Assembly (NCBI GenBank): GCA_034530875.2
Contig: JAVRCJ020000015.1
Coordinates: forward strand, 80,744-144,743
Length of the DNA: 64,000 bases
Direction of reading: 5' to 3'
DNA from: Nostoc sp. DedSLP01
GTDB lineage: Bacteria; Cyanobacteriota; Cyanobacteriia; Cyanobacteriales; Nostocaceae
The notes beneath the pieces are model-generated. The model ran no database searches. It was not told the origin of the DNA and worked only from the letters and a program-made list of their open reading frames with translations. Position 1 is the first letter of the stretch; every line of letters starts with the position of its first letter. Positions 31,634 to 43,450 of the stretch are shown in pieces. A program made the position numbers and the translations under genes.

Positions 31634-32008
31634 ATGGCAACTCCAGATACAACACGCCGTTTGCGCCCTAAACTGATTAGTCAAGATATTACTTCATTGC
31701 ACGGTTTGCAAACTATCCGCACCTACGATACAACTCGTGCTGATGCTTCTGTTGTAAATTTACAGCAAGCTTATCAAGCAATGTTAACTCAGCAACAAGC
31801 CGAAACGGAAAAACTAACTTTATACCGTGCAGCGGCTGATGCTGCGCGATTAGCGGAATGGGAATTTCACAATGCTGTATTAGCGATGAAAGAATCTGTA
31901 CGCGGGCAATTTGGGTCGGACAGCGAACAAGCGCAAGCTGTTGGACTGAAGAAAAAATCAGACCGCAAGCGTCCTACCCGCAAGAAATCAGTTGCAACTG
32001 CAATTTAA
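31634..32008 (+). CDS. Hypothetical helical protein with basic C-terminal tail
   Basis: 124 aa, Ala/Gln-rich helices, GQFGSDSEQAQAVGLKKKSDRKRPTRKK. Confidence 0.8.
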   Translation: MATPDTTRRLRPKLISQDITSLHGLQTIRTYDTTRADASVVNLQQAYQAMLTQQQAETEKLTLYRAAADAARLAEWEFHNAVLAMKESVRGQFGSDSEQAQAVGLKKKSDRKRPTRKKSVATAI

Positions 32009-32040
32009 TCAAAATCTTTGCAACATCTCAATCAGTTGTA

Positions 32041-32234
32041 CATTGGTGTCAACTTAACATGAAAGCAAAGTCTGATAAGCATTTCAAAATTTTTCGATGT
32101 ACTACCTAGATTTTCGATCCCCCCTAACTCCCCTTGAAAAGGGGGGAACTAGAATCATTTGCCCTCTTTTTAAGGGGGTTGGGGGATCTAAAACTACGGT
32201 AAATTGAGTGTTTGAGCTTAAGTTGACACCAATG
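32041..32234. mobile_element. MITE-like element (GTGTCAACTTAA family)
   Basis: 17-bp perfect TIRs CATTGGTGTCAACTTAA / TTAAGTTGACACCAATG; internal CCCCCTT..AAGGGGG hairpins. Confidence 0.8.
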
Positions 32235-32962
32235 ACTGTACGCTTTTATCTTTGCCAACACTTCTTGTCTGTGCGCCAGTAAACTCCCGTGAATTCACGG
32301 TAGCATTAAATGAGAATGAACTTACTGCTAAGTGCGATTGCCCCACGTCAATGACGCCAAAAATATTTTTTGTCTGCGATTAACAGTAAGTTTAATCTTG
32401 ATTAGGTAATTAACAACACAATAATTGCTAATTGTTTTTACTATTTAACTAAGTTGTCTTTTTAACTTAATATTTATTTGGTTAGAATAGCAATATATGT
32501 AAATATTGTTTCTTTTTTGTCTGCGTATTTTATAAAATTCATTTTTGCAAATTAATTTAGAAACCTTGTTTTTTCGTACTTATAAGCATCTTATTTGCTA
32601 CTTTTGTAAAAAGTATGATAAAGTTTCTTAAGATACTTAAAGTTTAATTTACTAAATAACTACTTAATTTGGAGGAAAAAAACAAGTATCTTTACTGACA
32701 TACATATCCTAGCCAGATGAAGTAGCGATCGCAAAAGCATTCACAGCAAAAACTAATTAGATTTCTGAATTGCAGAATTCTGAATTCTGATTTCTTTTTT
32801 GACGAATTATTAATGATTAACCGTTTTTGGACGTTATTAAGTTACGAAACGATACTTTCTAGTAAAACTTAGTAACAAAATAACAGTCTAATTATGGGGA
32901 TAACCCGACCGTGGGAAAATCAAAATACCGAAACCAGAAATTAGAGAGGAAAACCCTGTAAT

Positions 32963-34870
32963 ATGCATCTGAGCGAAATTACCCATCCCAATCAGTTGCA
33001 CGGTTTATCCGTTCGACAATTGCAACAAATTGCGCGTCAAATTCGAGATAAGCATCTTCAGACCGTAGCAGTTAATGGTGGACATTTGGGGCCAGGGTTG
33101 GGTGTCGTAGAATTAACACTAGGGCTTTATCAAACACTGGACTTAGATCGGGATAAAGTCATTTGGGATGTAGGACACCAAGCTTATCCCCATAAATTAC
33201 TTACAGGACGTTACGATCGCTTCCACACCCTCAGACAAAAAGATGGAGTTGCGGGTTATCTCAAACGCTGTGAAAACAAATTCGATCACTTTGGTGCTGG
33301 ACACGCTTCCACCAGCATCTCAGCGGCATTGGGAATGGCTTTAGCACGAGATTTAAAAGGCGAAAAATTCAAAGCCGTGGCTGTTATCGGCGATGGCGCG
33401 CTTACAGGCGGTATGGCTTTAGAAGCCATCAACCATGCCGGACACTTGCCGAAAACTAATTTGCTGGTTGTTCTCAACGACAACGAGATGTCTATATCTC
33501 CCAACGTAGGCGCAATTCCTCGCTATCTGAACAAAATGCGTCTCAGTCAACCAGTGCAATTCATTAAAGATAATCTTGAGGAACAGTTTAAACAAATTCC
33601 TTTCGTTGGTGAATCTCTGTCTCCCGAACTGGGACGCATCAAAGAAGGTATGAAACGCCTAGCTGTTCCTAAAGTTGGTGCAGTGTTTGAAGAACTCGGT
33701 TTTACCTACATCGGCCCGGTTGACGGACATAATTTAGAAGAATTAATTGCCACCTTCCAACAAGCACATCAAATCCCAGGCCCGGTTTTGGTACACGTGG
33801 CAACAGTCAAGGGTAAAGGTTATGAAATTGCCGAACAAGACCAAGTAGGTTACCACGCCCAAAGCCCCTTTAATGTAGCAACTGGCAAAGCTATTCCTTC
33901 TAGCAAACCCAAACCGCCAGCTTATGCCAAAGTTTTTGCTCACACTTTAGTAAAACTTGCCGAACAAAACCCCAAAATTATCGGCATTACCGCAGCAATG
34001 GCGACGGGAACGGGCTTAGATAAACTGCAAGCAAAACTGCCCAATCAATATGTAGATGTTGGCATTGCCGAACAACACGCAGTCACCTTAGCAGCAGGAC
34101 TAGCAGCCGAAGGTATGCGTCCCATCGCCGCGATTTATTCTACCTTCTTGCAACGCGCCTACGACCAAATAGTTCACGATGTCTGCATCCAAAATTTACC
34201 AGTCTTCTTCTGCTTAGATAGGGCGGGAATTGTTGGTGCTGACGGTCCCACCCACCAAGGTATGTATGACATTGCTTATCTACGTTGCATTCCTAACATG
34301 GTGCTGATGGCGCCCAAAGACGAAGCAGAACTGCAACGCATGTTAGTAACTGGCGTTAATTATACCAAGGGTCCCATCGCCATGCGTTACCCGCGTGGCA
34401 ATGGCTACGGCGTACCTTTGATGGAAGAAGGCTGGGAACCTTTGGAAATTGGCAAAAGCGAAATTCTGCGTACAGGCGATGATGTGTTAATCGTCGGCTA
34501 TGGCACAATGGTTAATTCTGGAATGCAAGCCGCGGAAATCTTAAGCGAACATGGCATTGAAGCAACTGTAATTAATGCCCGTTTTGCTAAGCCTTTGGAT
34601 ACCGAGTTAATATTGCCCTTAGCCCAAAAGATTGGACGCGTTATCACCTTAGAAGAAGGCTGCGTCATGGGTGGCTTTGGTAGTGCGATCGCTGAAGCTT
34701 TATTAGATGCAGATATTCTCGTTCCTGTCAAGCGTTTTGGCGTACCAGATATATTAGTAGACCATGCCGAACCCAATGAATCGAAAGCAGACTTAGGTTT
34801 AACTAGTCATCAAATAGCAGAGAGAGTTTTAGAAGCTTTCTTTAAACAGCAAGTATCTGCTGTTGTTTAG
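32963..34870 (+). CDS. dxs: 1-deoxy-D-xylulose-5-phosphate synthase
   Basis: [39 protein letters not shown]. Confidence 0.98.
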   Translation: MHLSEITHPNQLHGLSVRQLQQIARQIRDKHLQTVAVNGGHLGPGLGVVELTLGLYQTLDLDRDKVIWDVGHQAYPHKLLTGRYDRFHTLRQKDGVAGYLKRCENKFDHFGAGHASTSISAALGMALARDLKGEKFKAVAVIGDGALTGGMALEAINHAGHLPKTNLLVVLNDNEMSISPNVGAIPRYLNKMRLSQPVQFIKDNLEEQFKQIPFVGESLSPELGRIKEGMKRLAVPKVGAVFEELGFTYIGPVDGHNLEELIATFQQAHQIPGPVLVHVATVKGKGYEIAEQDQVGYHAQSPFNVATGKAIPSSKPKPPAYAKVFAHTLVKLAEQNPKIIGITAAMATGTGLDKLQAKLPNQYVDVGIAEQHAVTLAAGLAAEGMRPIAAIYSTFLQRAYDQIVHDVCIQNLPVFFCLDRAGIVGADGPTHQGMYDIAYLRCIPNMVLMAPKDEAELQRMLVTGVNYTKGPIAMRYPRGNGYGVPLMEEGWEPLEIGKSEILRTGDDVLIVGYGTMVNSGMQAAEILSEHGIEATVINARFAKPLDTELILPLAQKIGRVITLEEGCVMGGFGSAIAEALLDADILVPVKRFGVPDILVDHAEPNESKADLGLTSHQIAERVLEAFFKQQVSAVV

Positions 34871-34889
34871 CTAATTCTTGGTAATTACG

Positions 34890-34937
34890 AATCGCCCACA
34901 TCTGAGTAAATTGTATTTACTTAGGCGTGGGCGATTT
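34890..34937 (+). terminator. Stem-loop downstream of dxs
   Basis: AATCGCCCACATCTGAGTAAAT / ATTTACTTAGGCGTGGGCGATT inverted repeat. Confidence 0.6.
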
Positions 34938-35191
34938 GCTGAGGAAAAGTTTGCAAACAGAATATGAATCTGCTTCAAACGCTTACACTTGAATGTTCTT
35001 ATCCATGTATTAATATTTAATGGAATAATTTAAACTTCAGTTTAATATTTCTAGATTAAATCTTTATTTTATGATTTAATAAAGACTTGCTCCCTATTTA
35101 ATGTCTTTATAAAGAATCGCTAAAAGGCTAAACTGGCGAAAGTTCTGCATTTAAATAAATATCCCTTTTGAGAATAGATAAATTATCAAAT

Positions 35192-38005
35192 ATGAAATTT
35201 ATTCTTGAATCTGCCCTGGCGCTGACATACAATCAACTGGGCAAGTTTTCTAATTCAGAAAATTTCTGGAATATATTCGCTACTGCCTTTGGTACGCAAT
35301 ACGATCGCACTATCGCTCAAACAGTGCGATCGCAATCGCAAGTGGGTGACTTTAGCCAGCTTCCTAAAATTGAGATAATTGATAGTGGCATCTTAGGTAA
35401 TGCTAACGGCGTTTATGCTAGCAGTACAAATAAGATTTATCTCTCAGAAAAATTTGTATCAACTGCAACACCAGCATTAATTAGTGCAGTTCTCTTAGAG
35501 GAAATTGGACATTTTGTTGATGCTCAAATCAATCAAAAAGATCCTTTATCTGATGAAGGCGAACTTTTCTCAGCTTTGGTGCGAGGACAGAATTTAACTA
35601 ATCGGAATTTAGAGAGAATCAAAGCAGAAAATGATTGGCAAACTATTACTATTGCAGACCAAAATATTGCTGTAGAACAAGCAACAGCCCTGAATTTTTC
35701 TGTCACCTTTAACGATCCTTCAGGAACATTTTCTTCCTATTACTCTGCAATCCAATCTCACATATTAGCTGCTGGATCGTATTGGGACAACTATATTGAA
35801 GGTAATGCTAACTTAGAGGTAATTGTTAATTTTACTAACCCTGGCATCACAGTTACAGGCAGAAGTTTTACTTCATCTTTTGTACGTAATAACGGCACAT
35901 TTAACATATACGAACAAGGTGCAACAGCAGAAATTCGTACAGGAAACGATCCCAACGGCGTCGAACCTGACATCGAATTCAATTTCAATGCTGATTATTT
36001 AAGAAATGAACTCTGGTTTGATTCCGATCCCTTAGCACGAATTACTCCTGTACCAAATGATAGAACAGATGCTCTTTCTGTATTGCTCCACGAATTTGGT
36101 CATGCCTTTGCTTTCAATGGATGGAGAAATTCTTTTAACGGAACATTCCCAGGAGATTATCAATCCACATTTGACGAACAAACTATTTTTGATGGTAACA
36201 ATTTCTTCTTTGTAGGAACTCAAGCAACAAGTGTTTATGGTTCTTTTGTGCCAGTGACATTTGGTAACGCCACTCATATTGGTAACGACTCCCCCAGACC
36301 AGGGAGCGATTTGATTTCCGATCTCATGAATGGTGTAGTATATTATCGCGGAAATCGCTACAACATTTCCCCGCTTGACATTGCCATATTAAAAGACTCC
36401 GGCGTACCCATCGCTGCTACCACTAGCAACATTACTCTTGCTGTCAACCCCGTTAATGTTAATGAAGACGGAAGCAGCAATTTAGTTTACACCTTCACAA
36501 GAAGCGGCAGCACCACCAATGCTTTAACTGTGAATTATGGTGTTGGTGGCACAGCTACTTTTAACAGCGACTACACCCAAACTGGTGCAGCAACTTTCAA
36601 TGGCACCACAGGCACTATTACCTTTGCAGCAGGTGCAACTACAGTAAATTTAATTATCGATCCCATAGCAGACACTACTAATGAAAGTAATGAAACTGTT
36701 GCTTTAACTTTAAATATCGGCACTGGTTACACCATTGGTACAACAACACCCGTTACCGGAACCATTACCAATGATGATTTACTATCCATCAACCTGGGTG
36801 CTAATCAAACAATAGTCGAGGGTAACACCAGTCCTCAAAATGTTAGTTACAAAGTTAGTCTTTCCCAAGCCAGCAGCAAAACTATTACCGTCCAATATGC
36901 CACTGCTAACGGTACAGCAAGAGCAGGGTTAGATTATACCAACACCAGCGGAACCTTGACTTTCAACCCAGGTGAAACCAGTAAAGTTATTAATATTCCT
37001 ATTCTCAATGATTCCCTCAATGAAGCAAATGAAACCTTTACCCTAAATCTGGCTTCTCCTACCAATGCCAGCCTTGGTACAACCAAAAGTGTTACTACAA
37101 CCATAACCGATACCCTGACTGCTTCTGCCACCACGACTTTGCCAACCAACGTCGAAAATCTCACCCTCACAGGAACGGCAGCAATTAACGGTACCGGGAA
37201 TGCAGGCAATAATATTCTCAAAGGTAACAGTGGTAATAATATCCTCTCCGGTGGTGCTGGAAATGACACTTATTCTTTTCTAGCTAACAGTCCTTTGGGA
37301 ACGGACACAATTAGAGAAACCACGACAGGCGGCACTGATACTATTGACTTTAGCGGTACTACAGCTGCGGTCAACGTCAATTTAGGTTTAACCACCTCGC
37401 AAACTGTTAATAGCAATCTCAAACTCATCCTCTCTGCCAACAACGTCATCGAAAGGGTAACAGGTGGCACAGGTAACGACCGTTTAACTGGTAATTCCTT
37501 GAATAACAACCTAATTGGCGGGAATGGAAATGACCAACTCCAAGGTTTAGATGGAAATGACAACCTTCAAGGAGGTAGTGGTAATGATACTCTAATAGGT
37601 GGAGCTGGTGACGATATTCTCTGGGGAGAGTTGGGTAATGATATTCTCACAGGCAACGCCGGCAAGGATAAATATCAGTTTCAAGGTAATGGAGTTTTTA
37701 ACTCAAGTTTAGGTGATGATTACATTACTCAGTTTGAAGTGGGGCAAGACCAAATTGTACTGAGTAAAAGCACCTTTAATGCTATTACTAATAACGTAGG
37801 GCAGACTTTCACAGACTTTGCAGTTGTGAGTGAAAATAAATTTGTCAACGCTAGTAAAGCACATATTGTTTATAGCAAAAGCACTGGCAGCTTATTCTAT
37901 AACCAAGATGGAAATCTGCTAGGTACAGGAACAGTGTTTGACTTTGCTACTATCGGCAATCCTAATATTACTTTGAGTAGTAGCAATTTCAGTCTCATTG
38001 CTTAG
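35192..38005 (+). CDS. Secreted Ca-binding protein: zinc-metallopeptidase-like domain, Calx-beta repeats and RTX nonapeptides
   Basis: LLEEIGH N-domain; LLHEFGHAF..H..DLMNG; Calx-beta motifs (DY....GT.TF..GET.K); GGxGND repeats; start MKFILES at 35192. Confidence 0.85.
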   Translation: MKFILESALALTYNQLGKFSNSENFWNIFATAFGTQYDRTIAQTVRSQSQVGDFSQLPKIEIIDSGILGNANGVYASSTNKIYLSEKFVSTATPALISAVLLEEIGHFVDAQINQKDPLSDEGELFSALVRGQNLTNRNLERIKAENDWQTITIADQNIAVEQATALNFSVTFNDPSGTFSSYYSAIQSHILAAGSYWDNYIEGNANLEVIVNFTNPGITVTGRSFTSSFVRNNGTFNIYEQGATAEIRTGNDPNGVEPDIEFNFNADYLRNELWFDSDPLARITPVPNDRTDALSVLLHEFGHAFAFNGWRNSFNGTFPGDYQSTFDEQTIFDGNNFFFVGTQATSVYGSFVPVTFGNATHIGNDSPRPGSDLISDLMNGVVYYRGNRYNISPLDIAILKDSGVPIAATTSNITLAVNPVNVNEDGSSNLVYTFTRSGSTTNALTVNYGVGGTATFNSDYTQTGAATFNGTTGTITFAAGATTVNLIIDPIADTTNESNETVALTLNIGTGYTIGTTTPVTGTITNDDLLSINLGANQTIVEGNTSPQNVSYKVSLSQASSKTITVQYATANGTARAGLDYTNTSGTLTFNPGETSKVINIPILNDSLNEANETFTLNLASPTNASLGTTKSVTTTITDTLTASATTTLPTNVENLTLTGTAAINGTGNAGNNILKGNSGNNILSGGAGNDTYSFLANSPLGTDTIRETTTGGTDTIDFSGTTAAVNVNLGLTTSQTVNSNLKLILSANNVIERVTGGTGNDRLTGNSLNNNLIGGNGNDQLQGLDGNDNLQGGSGNDTLIGGAGDDILWGELGNDILTGNAGKDKYQFQGNGVFNSSLGDDYITQFEVGQDQIVLSKSTFNAITNNVGQTFTDFAVVSENKFVNASKAHIVYSKSTGSLFYNQDGNLLGTGTVFDFATIGNPNITLSSSNFSLIA

Positions 38006-38213
38006 TAGGATGCCAAGGGAAGCAGCATGAATAGCCATGTAGAGACGTTGCATTGCAACGTCTCTACTACAATAATTTTGATATCATGCACAATAGTTTT
38101 CATACATGAAATCAGCAACGCTTTCAAAATTATTAACCGAGTAATATTGAGTTTCCCTTACAGAATTAGAGAAATTATACCAATTAAAAAAAGAATACGT
38201 AGGGGCGCACAGC

Positions 38214-38411
38214 GTCATACGTGTCAACTTAAGCTTAAACTCTTATCCCACAGGCGTTTTACCCCACCCCTCAATCCCCTCCCCTTGGCAAGGGGAGGGG
38301 AGGTTTTGGCTTGAGACAAAACCGGGGTGGGGTAACGTGGATCTTGATGGTAAGTGAGATAGCTCAATATCACATCTTTACAAGCTTTCACGTTAAGTTG
38401 ACACGTATGAC
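38214..38411. mobile_element. MITE-like element (GTGTCAACTTAA family, opposite orientation to 32041)
   Basis: TIRs GTCATACGTGTCAACTTAA / TTAAGTTGACACGTATGAC; inserted inside a GTAGGGGCGCACAGC...GCCCCTAC hairpin repeat. Confidence 0.8.
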
Positions 38412-38484
38412 AGCTGTAAAGCCCCTACAAACAATCGATGCATCACAAAACTTGTTGAAATTGGTATTTTTTCTTGAAATTATC

Positions 38485-38808
38485 TTAACTACCTTCACCA
38501 ATAGCAATAAAATTAAAAGCAGACTTTTCTTTTGTCACTGCCAAATCTGGAGAAGCTGCGCTTGATTGTTGCTTAATTCCTAAATCCCAAATATTAACTT
38601 GAGCTTTATTTCTAGTTATATCCTTAACAATAATTTGATTATCAGCACCCCAATCTTTTAAAGTAGCTACAACGCTGGGAGGTTCAGCAAAAGCTTCTGA
38701 AAAACTAATTACATAAGTTCCTGTTTCCGGCGATTGGACTTCAAAACCTTGTCCGCTTTGTTTGCTGCCGTCGTCTGCAACTGTTCCGTAAATAATTTTT
38801 TGGGACAT
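38485..38808 (-). CDS. Hypothetical small beta-rich protein (lectin or tail-fibre-like)
   Basis: 107 aa with GTYVISFSEAFAEPPSVVAT and AFNFIAIG; AAGG RBS upstream. Confidence 0.65.
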   Translation of the reverse strand: MSQKIIYGTVADDGSKQSGQGFEVQSPETGTYVISFSEAFAEPPSVVATLKDWGADNQIIVKDITRNKAQVNIWDLGIKQQSSAASPDLAVTKEKSAFNFIAIGEGS

Positions 38809-39153
38809 TTTTGCACCTTTTTACTTTAGTTTGTATTGACTTGCTAAACTTAGATTTGCGACAAATGACTTGTACTCAAGACCAGCGAAAGCTACTTGAA
38901 GTTCAGCCTGGCGATCGCAGTGTTTCAGCATTGCTTCACTTCAAACAATACACAATATTGTGAGTCAAAACTTAGCCTATTTTATTTATTTCATCAGAGT
39001 ATATAAAATTTTAATTATGATTAAATTTTGCTAAAATTAAATAAATCCAGAATTTGAAATCCAATGTAATTTTGCAATACAAGAACTGCTTTGATTTCAA
39101 TCTGTAAAAAGTTATTATTCTATCAACAAAGTTAAAAAATATTGCCCTTTTTT

Positions 39154-40215
39154 ATGGCAGATTCTACAAACCAGATATATCCAGTTATTTGGCACAATGA
39201 CTCAGTGTCACTAATTGACCAAACTCGCCTACCCAACGAATATACATCCGTGGAAATTCACCGCAGTGAAGATATGGCGCGGGCAATAAAAACCATGATT
39301 GTGCGGGGTGCGCCTGCAATTGGCGTGGCTGCGGCTTATGGCATGTATCTTGGTGCAAGAGAAATTCAGACAAGCGATCGCCAAGAATTTTTGCAACACT
39401 TAGATAAAGTTGCCGAACTGTTGCGTTCTACTCGTCCCACAGCAGTAAACTTATTTTGGGCAATTAGCCGGATGTTGAAAACTGCCTACGAAACCTTGGG
39501 AACGGTAGAAGAAACCAAACAAATGCTGTTGGAAACAGCCCAAGCAATCAAAACTGAAGATTTGCAAACCTGTAAAGCGATCGGCGACAATGCTTTAAAA
39601 GTCTTGCCTGCTAACCCTCAAAAGCTGACATTGCTTACTCACTGTAACGCTGGGGCATTAGCTACAGCTGGTTACGGTACAGCTTTGGGCGTCGTGCGTT
39701 CTGCTTGGAGACAAGGACGTTTAGAGCGTTTGTTTGCCGACGAAACCCGGCCGCGTTTGCAAGGCGCAAAACTCACTGCTTGGGAATGCGTCCAAGAAGG
39801 TATTCCCGTAACATTAATTACTGATAACATGGCAGCCCATTGCATGAAACAGGGACTAATTCATGCTGTAGTTGTGGGTGCCGATCGCATTGCCGCTAAC
39901 GGCGACACTGCTAATAAAATTGGTACTTATAGCGTGGCGATCGCTGCTAAAGCACATAATATACCCTTCTTCGTCGCCGCACCGCTTTCCACCGTTGATT
40001 TTGAATTAGCCGATGGCAGCAAAATTCCCATTGAAGAACGCGATCCCACAGAAATCTATCAAGTCGGCGATACGATGCTCGCGCCTAGTGGTGTAGATTT
40101 TTACAATCCCGCCTTTGATGTCACCCCAGCCGAATTGATTACAGCCATCATTACAGAAAACGGAGCGATCGCACCTCGCGAATTGGCAAAATCGCAATTA
40201 GAGCAGGTAGTGTAA
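39154..40215 (+). CDS. mtnA: S-methyl-5-thioribose-1-phosphate isomerase
   Basis: [47 protein letters not shown]. Confidence 0.96.
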   Translation: MADSTNQIYPVIWHNDSVSLIDQTRLPNEYTSVEIHRSEDMARAIKTMIVRGAPAIGVAAAYGMYLGAREIQTSDRQEFLQHLDKVAELLRSTRPTAVNLFWAISRMLKTAYETLGTVEETKQMLLETAQAIKTEDLQTCKAIGDNALKVLPANPQKLTLLTHCNAGALATAGYGTALGVVRSAWRQGRLERLFADETRPRLQGAKLTAWECVQEGIPVTLITDNMAAHCMKQGLIHAVVVGADRIAANGDTANKIGTYSVAIAAKAHNIPFFVAAPLSTVDFELADGSKIPIEERDPTEIYQVGDTMLAPSGVDFYNPAFDVTPAELITAIITENGAIAPRELAKSQLEQVV

Positions 40216-40414
40216 ACCACACTTTCCGTTGAAACAACACACTCTTAAAATTTAATTTTTCTCTGTGTACTCTGTGTCTGTGGGTTTAAAAATAATTTAC
40301 TGAACTACTCCAAATGCAGAGTACACTGAGTAATTTCTTTTCGACAATTGAAAATACCCCAATTAGTACAGGCGCAATTAATCGCGTCTGTACCTAATCC
40401 CTCTATTTCTTGCC

Positions 40415-41083
40415 ATGACTCAACAGCAATGGACTGAGGTTGACAGTTATCTCACTGACCTGTTTGTGCCTCCCGATCCCGTGCTAGATGCGGCACTTGA
40501 AGCGAGTGCTGCGGCTGGTTTACCACCGCACAACGTTTCGCCCAATCAAGGTAAGCTTTTGCTACTATTGGCACAACTCCAACGGGCACGCACTATCCTT
40601 GAAATTGGTACTCTAGGCGGCTACAGTACAATTTGGTTGGCGCGGGCGTTACCAAAGGACGGTTACTTGATGACGCTGGAAGCCGATGCCAAACACGCCG
40701 AGGTTGCCGAGAGCAACATTGCACGCGCAGGTCTTGGCGATGTAGTCGAGTTGCGCCTTGGAAAAGCACTTTCTACACTGCCAGAACTTGCTGCCGAAAA
40801 TCGCAGGTTCGATTTGATATTTATCGACGCCGACAAGCCAAACAATCCCGATTACCTAGCTTGGGCGTTGAAACTTTCCCGTCGAGGTAGCTTGATTATT
40901 GCCGATAATGTCGTCCGCAACGGAGCAGTAATCGACACTGCCAGTAGCGATGCTAGCATTCAAGGAGTGCGCCGTTTCAACGAACTGCTGGCCTCTGAGC
41001 CGCGTGTGAGTGCTACTGCCCTGCAAACAGTCGGTAGTAAAGGATACGACGGTTTTGCGATCGCCTTGGTTGTAGCTGACTAG
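40415..41083 (+). CDS. Class I SAM-dependent O-methyltransferase
   Basis: LEIGTLGGYS, FIDADK, ADNVVR, KGYDGF. Confidence 0.92.
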   Translation: MTQQQWTEVDSYLTDLFVPPDPVLDAALEASAAAGLPPHNVSPNQGKLLLLLAQLQRARTILEIGTLGGYSTIWLARALPKDGYLMTLEADAKHAEVAESNIARAGLGDVVELRLGKALSTLPELAAENRRFDLIFIDADKPNNPDYLAWALKLSRRGSLIIADNVVRNGAVIDTASSDASIQGVRRFNELLASEPRVSATALQTVGSKGYDGFAIALVVAD

Positions 41084-41273
41084 CAGAGGACGCAAGGGAA
41101 GAATAACTCATAACTCCTAACTCAACACCCAACGCTCTCAGACTTGTGTAGTTTTTAATTTGGCAGAATGCCGAGGCTAAACAGCCCAGCGATCGCTACA
41201 TTAGAAGATATATAAATAAATATATAGATGAAAATCATTGTTGATTTTTATTCATCGCGGTTCACAGAAAAAC

Positions 41274-43376
41274 ATGAGTGCAAGTACCATTCTTATTGAC
41301 AATCCTTTACTCCAAGGCAACGGTCTACCTCGCTTTGCAGAGATTAAACCAGAACGAGTAGTACCAGCTTTTACGCAATTGCTAGCAGAACTCGACCAGG
41401 AGCTTAGTGTTTTAGAGGCTAATGTACAGCCTACTTGGGAAGGTTTAGTAGAACCTTTAGAAAAGCTCACTGAAAGGCTGACTTGGAGTTGGGGAGTAGT
41501 AAATCACTTAATGGGCGTGAAAAATAGCCCTGAACTGCGTGAAGCTCATGAAACCATACAGCCACAGGTAGTACAATTCATTAACAAGCTCGGTCAAAGC
41601 CAACCAATATACACTGCTTTTAAAGCACTCCGTGGTAGCGAGAGTTGGGCAACTTTAGAACCAGCCCAACAAAGAATTGTAGAAGCCGCCATCCGAGATG
41701 CAGAACTTTCTGGTGTTGGCTTAGAAGGAGAAGCAAGAGAGCGTTTCAATGTCATTCAAATGGAATTAGCAGAACTTTCTACGAAGTTCTCCAACCATGT
41801 ACTAGATGCGACTAAAGCTTTTAGCCTCACCCTGACAACAAAAGCAGAAATTGACGGTCTACCCCCAAGCTTAGTAAGTTTAGCAGCGCAAGCTGCTCGT
41901 GAGGCTGGTGAAATCAACGCCACACCAGAAAATGGCCCTTGGCGCATTACTCTGGACTTCCCCAGTTACGGCCCTTTCATGCAGCACAGCACGCGCCGAG
42001 ATTTACGTGAAAAGCTTTACAAAGCTTACATTACCCGCGCTTCTAGCGACGATTTAGACAACAACCCATTAATCAAGCGGATTTTGGAATTACGGCAAGA
42101 ACTCGCAGATTTACTTGGCTTTGGCAGTTATGCCGAGTTGAGCCTTGCCAGTAAAATGGCTCCTAATGTTGAAGCAGTCGAAGCATTATTAGAAGAACTA
42201 CGTCAAGCCAGTTATAATGCTGCTGTCAAAGACTTAGAAGAACTCCAAGCTTTTGCCGCGTCGTCAGGAAAAGAAGATCGAGATTTAAAACAGTGGGATA
42301 TTAGCTTTTGGGCAGAACGCCAACGAGAAGCAAAATTTGCCTTTACTGCCGAAGAATTACGTCCTTATTTTCCCCTACCTCAAGTACTAGATGGCTTATT
42401 TGGACTTGTCAAACGTTTGTTTGGCGTCACTGTCACCCCTGCCGACGGTCAAGCCCCGGTATGGCATGAGGATGTGCGTTATTTCCAAATTGCTGATGAA
42501 ACTGGTTCTCCCATTGCTTACTTCTACTTAGACCCATACAGCCGTCCCGCAGAAAAACGCGGCGGTGCTTGGATGGATGTGTGCATCAATCGTGCCAAAG
42601 TTAGAGAAAACGGTATCAGTGTCATCCGCTTACCTGTAAGTTATTTGATATGTAACCAAACTCCGCCAGTAGATGGCAAACCGAGTTTGATGACTTTCTA
42701 TGAAGTAGAAACTCTATTTCACGAGTTTGGTCATGGATTGCACCACATGCTAACCAGGATTGATTATGCTGGAGCCGCAGGCATCAACAATGTAGAATGG
42801 GACGCAGTAGAACTACCTAGCCAGTTTATGGAAAACTGGTGCTACGAGCGACAAACTTTATTCGGTATGGCGAAGCATTACCAAACCGGGGAAGCTCTAC
42901 CAGAACATTATTATCAAAAACTGCTGGCAGCCCGTAATTATATGAGTGGTACCGCCATGTTACGGCAGCTACACTTTAGCACCGTTGATTTAGAACTACA
43001 TCACCGCTATCGTCCCAATGGCGATGAAACTCCAGCTGATGTACGTCAACGCATAGCTAAGACTACTACCGTTTTACCACCACTTCCAGAGGACTCAATG
43101 TTATGTGCCTTCGGACACATATTTGAAGGTGGTTATGCGGCTGGTTATTACAGCTATAAATGGGCTGAAGTACTGAGCGCTGATGCTTTTGCTGCTTTTG
43201 AAGAAGCTGGGCTAGAAAATGAAGAGGCGATAAAAGCTACAGGCAGACGCTATCGAGATACTATCCTGGCACTTGGTGGCGGACAACATCCAATGGAAGT
43301 GTTTAAAACTTTCCGGGGTCGCGAACCAAGTACGATCGCTTTACTTAGACACAATGGTTTAGTCAAGGCTGAGTAG
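41274..43376 (+). CDS. prlC: Oligopeptidase A (M3 family)
   Basis: KRGGAWM, TLFHEFGH, WDAVELPSQFME, YAAGYYSYKWAEVL; start MSASTIL at 41274. Confidence 0.93.
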   Translation: MSASTILIDNPLLQGNGLPRFAEIKPERVVPAFTQLLAELDQELSVLEANVQPTWEGLVEPLEKLTERLTWSWGVVNHLMGVKNSPELREAHETIQPQVVQFINKLGQSQPIYTAFKALRGSESWATLEPAQQRIVEAAIRDAELSGVGLEGEARERFNVIQMELAELSTKFSNHVLDATKAFSLTLTTKAEIDGLPPSLVSLAAQAAREAGEINATPENGPWRITLDFPSYGPFMQHSTRRDLREKLYKAYITRASSDDLDNNPLIKRILELRQELADLLGFGSYAELSLASKMAPNVEAVEALLEELRQASYNAAVKDLEELQAFAASSGKEDRDLKQWDISFWAERQREAKFAFTAEELRPYFPLPQVLDGLFGLVKRLFGVTVTPADGQAPVWHEDVRYFQIADETGSPIAYFYLDPYSRPAEKRGGAWMDVCINRAKVRENGISVIRLPVSYLICNQTPPVDGKPSLMTFYEVETLFHEFGHGLHHMLTRIDYAGAAGINNVEWDAVELPSQFMENWCYERQTLFGMAKHYQTGEALPEHYYQKLLAARNYMSGTAMLRQLHFSTVDLELHHRYRPNGDETPADVRQRIAKTTTVLPPLPEDSMLCAFGHIFEGGYAAGYYSYKWAEVLSADAFAAFEEAGLENEEAIKATGRRYRDTILALGGGQHPMEVFKTFRGREPSTIALLRHNGLVKAE

Positions 43377-43450
43377 GGAGATGGGGAAAAGGGAAAAGGA
43401 ATAAATTTAATCTTACCCCTTTCCCTTTCCCCATTCTTATGCCCCATGCC

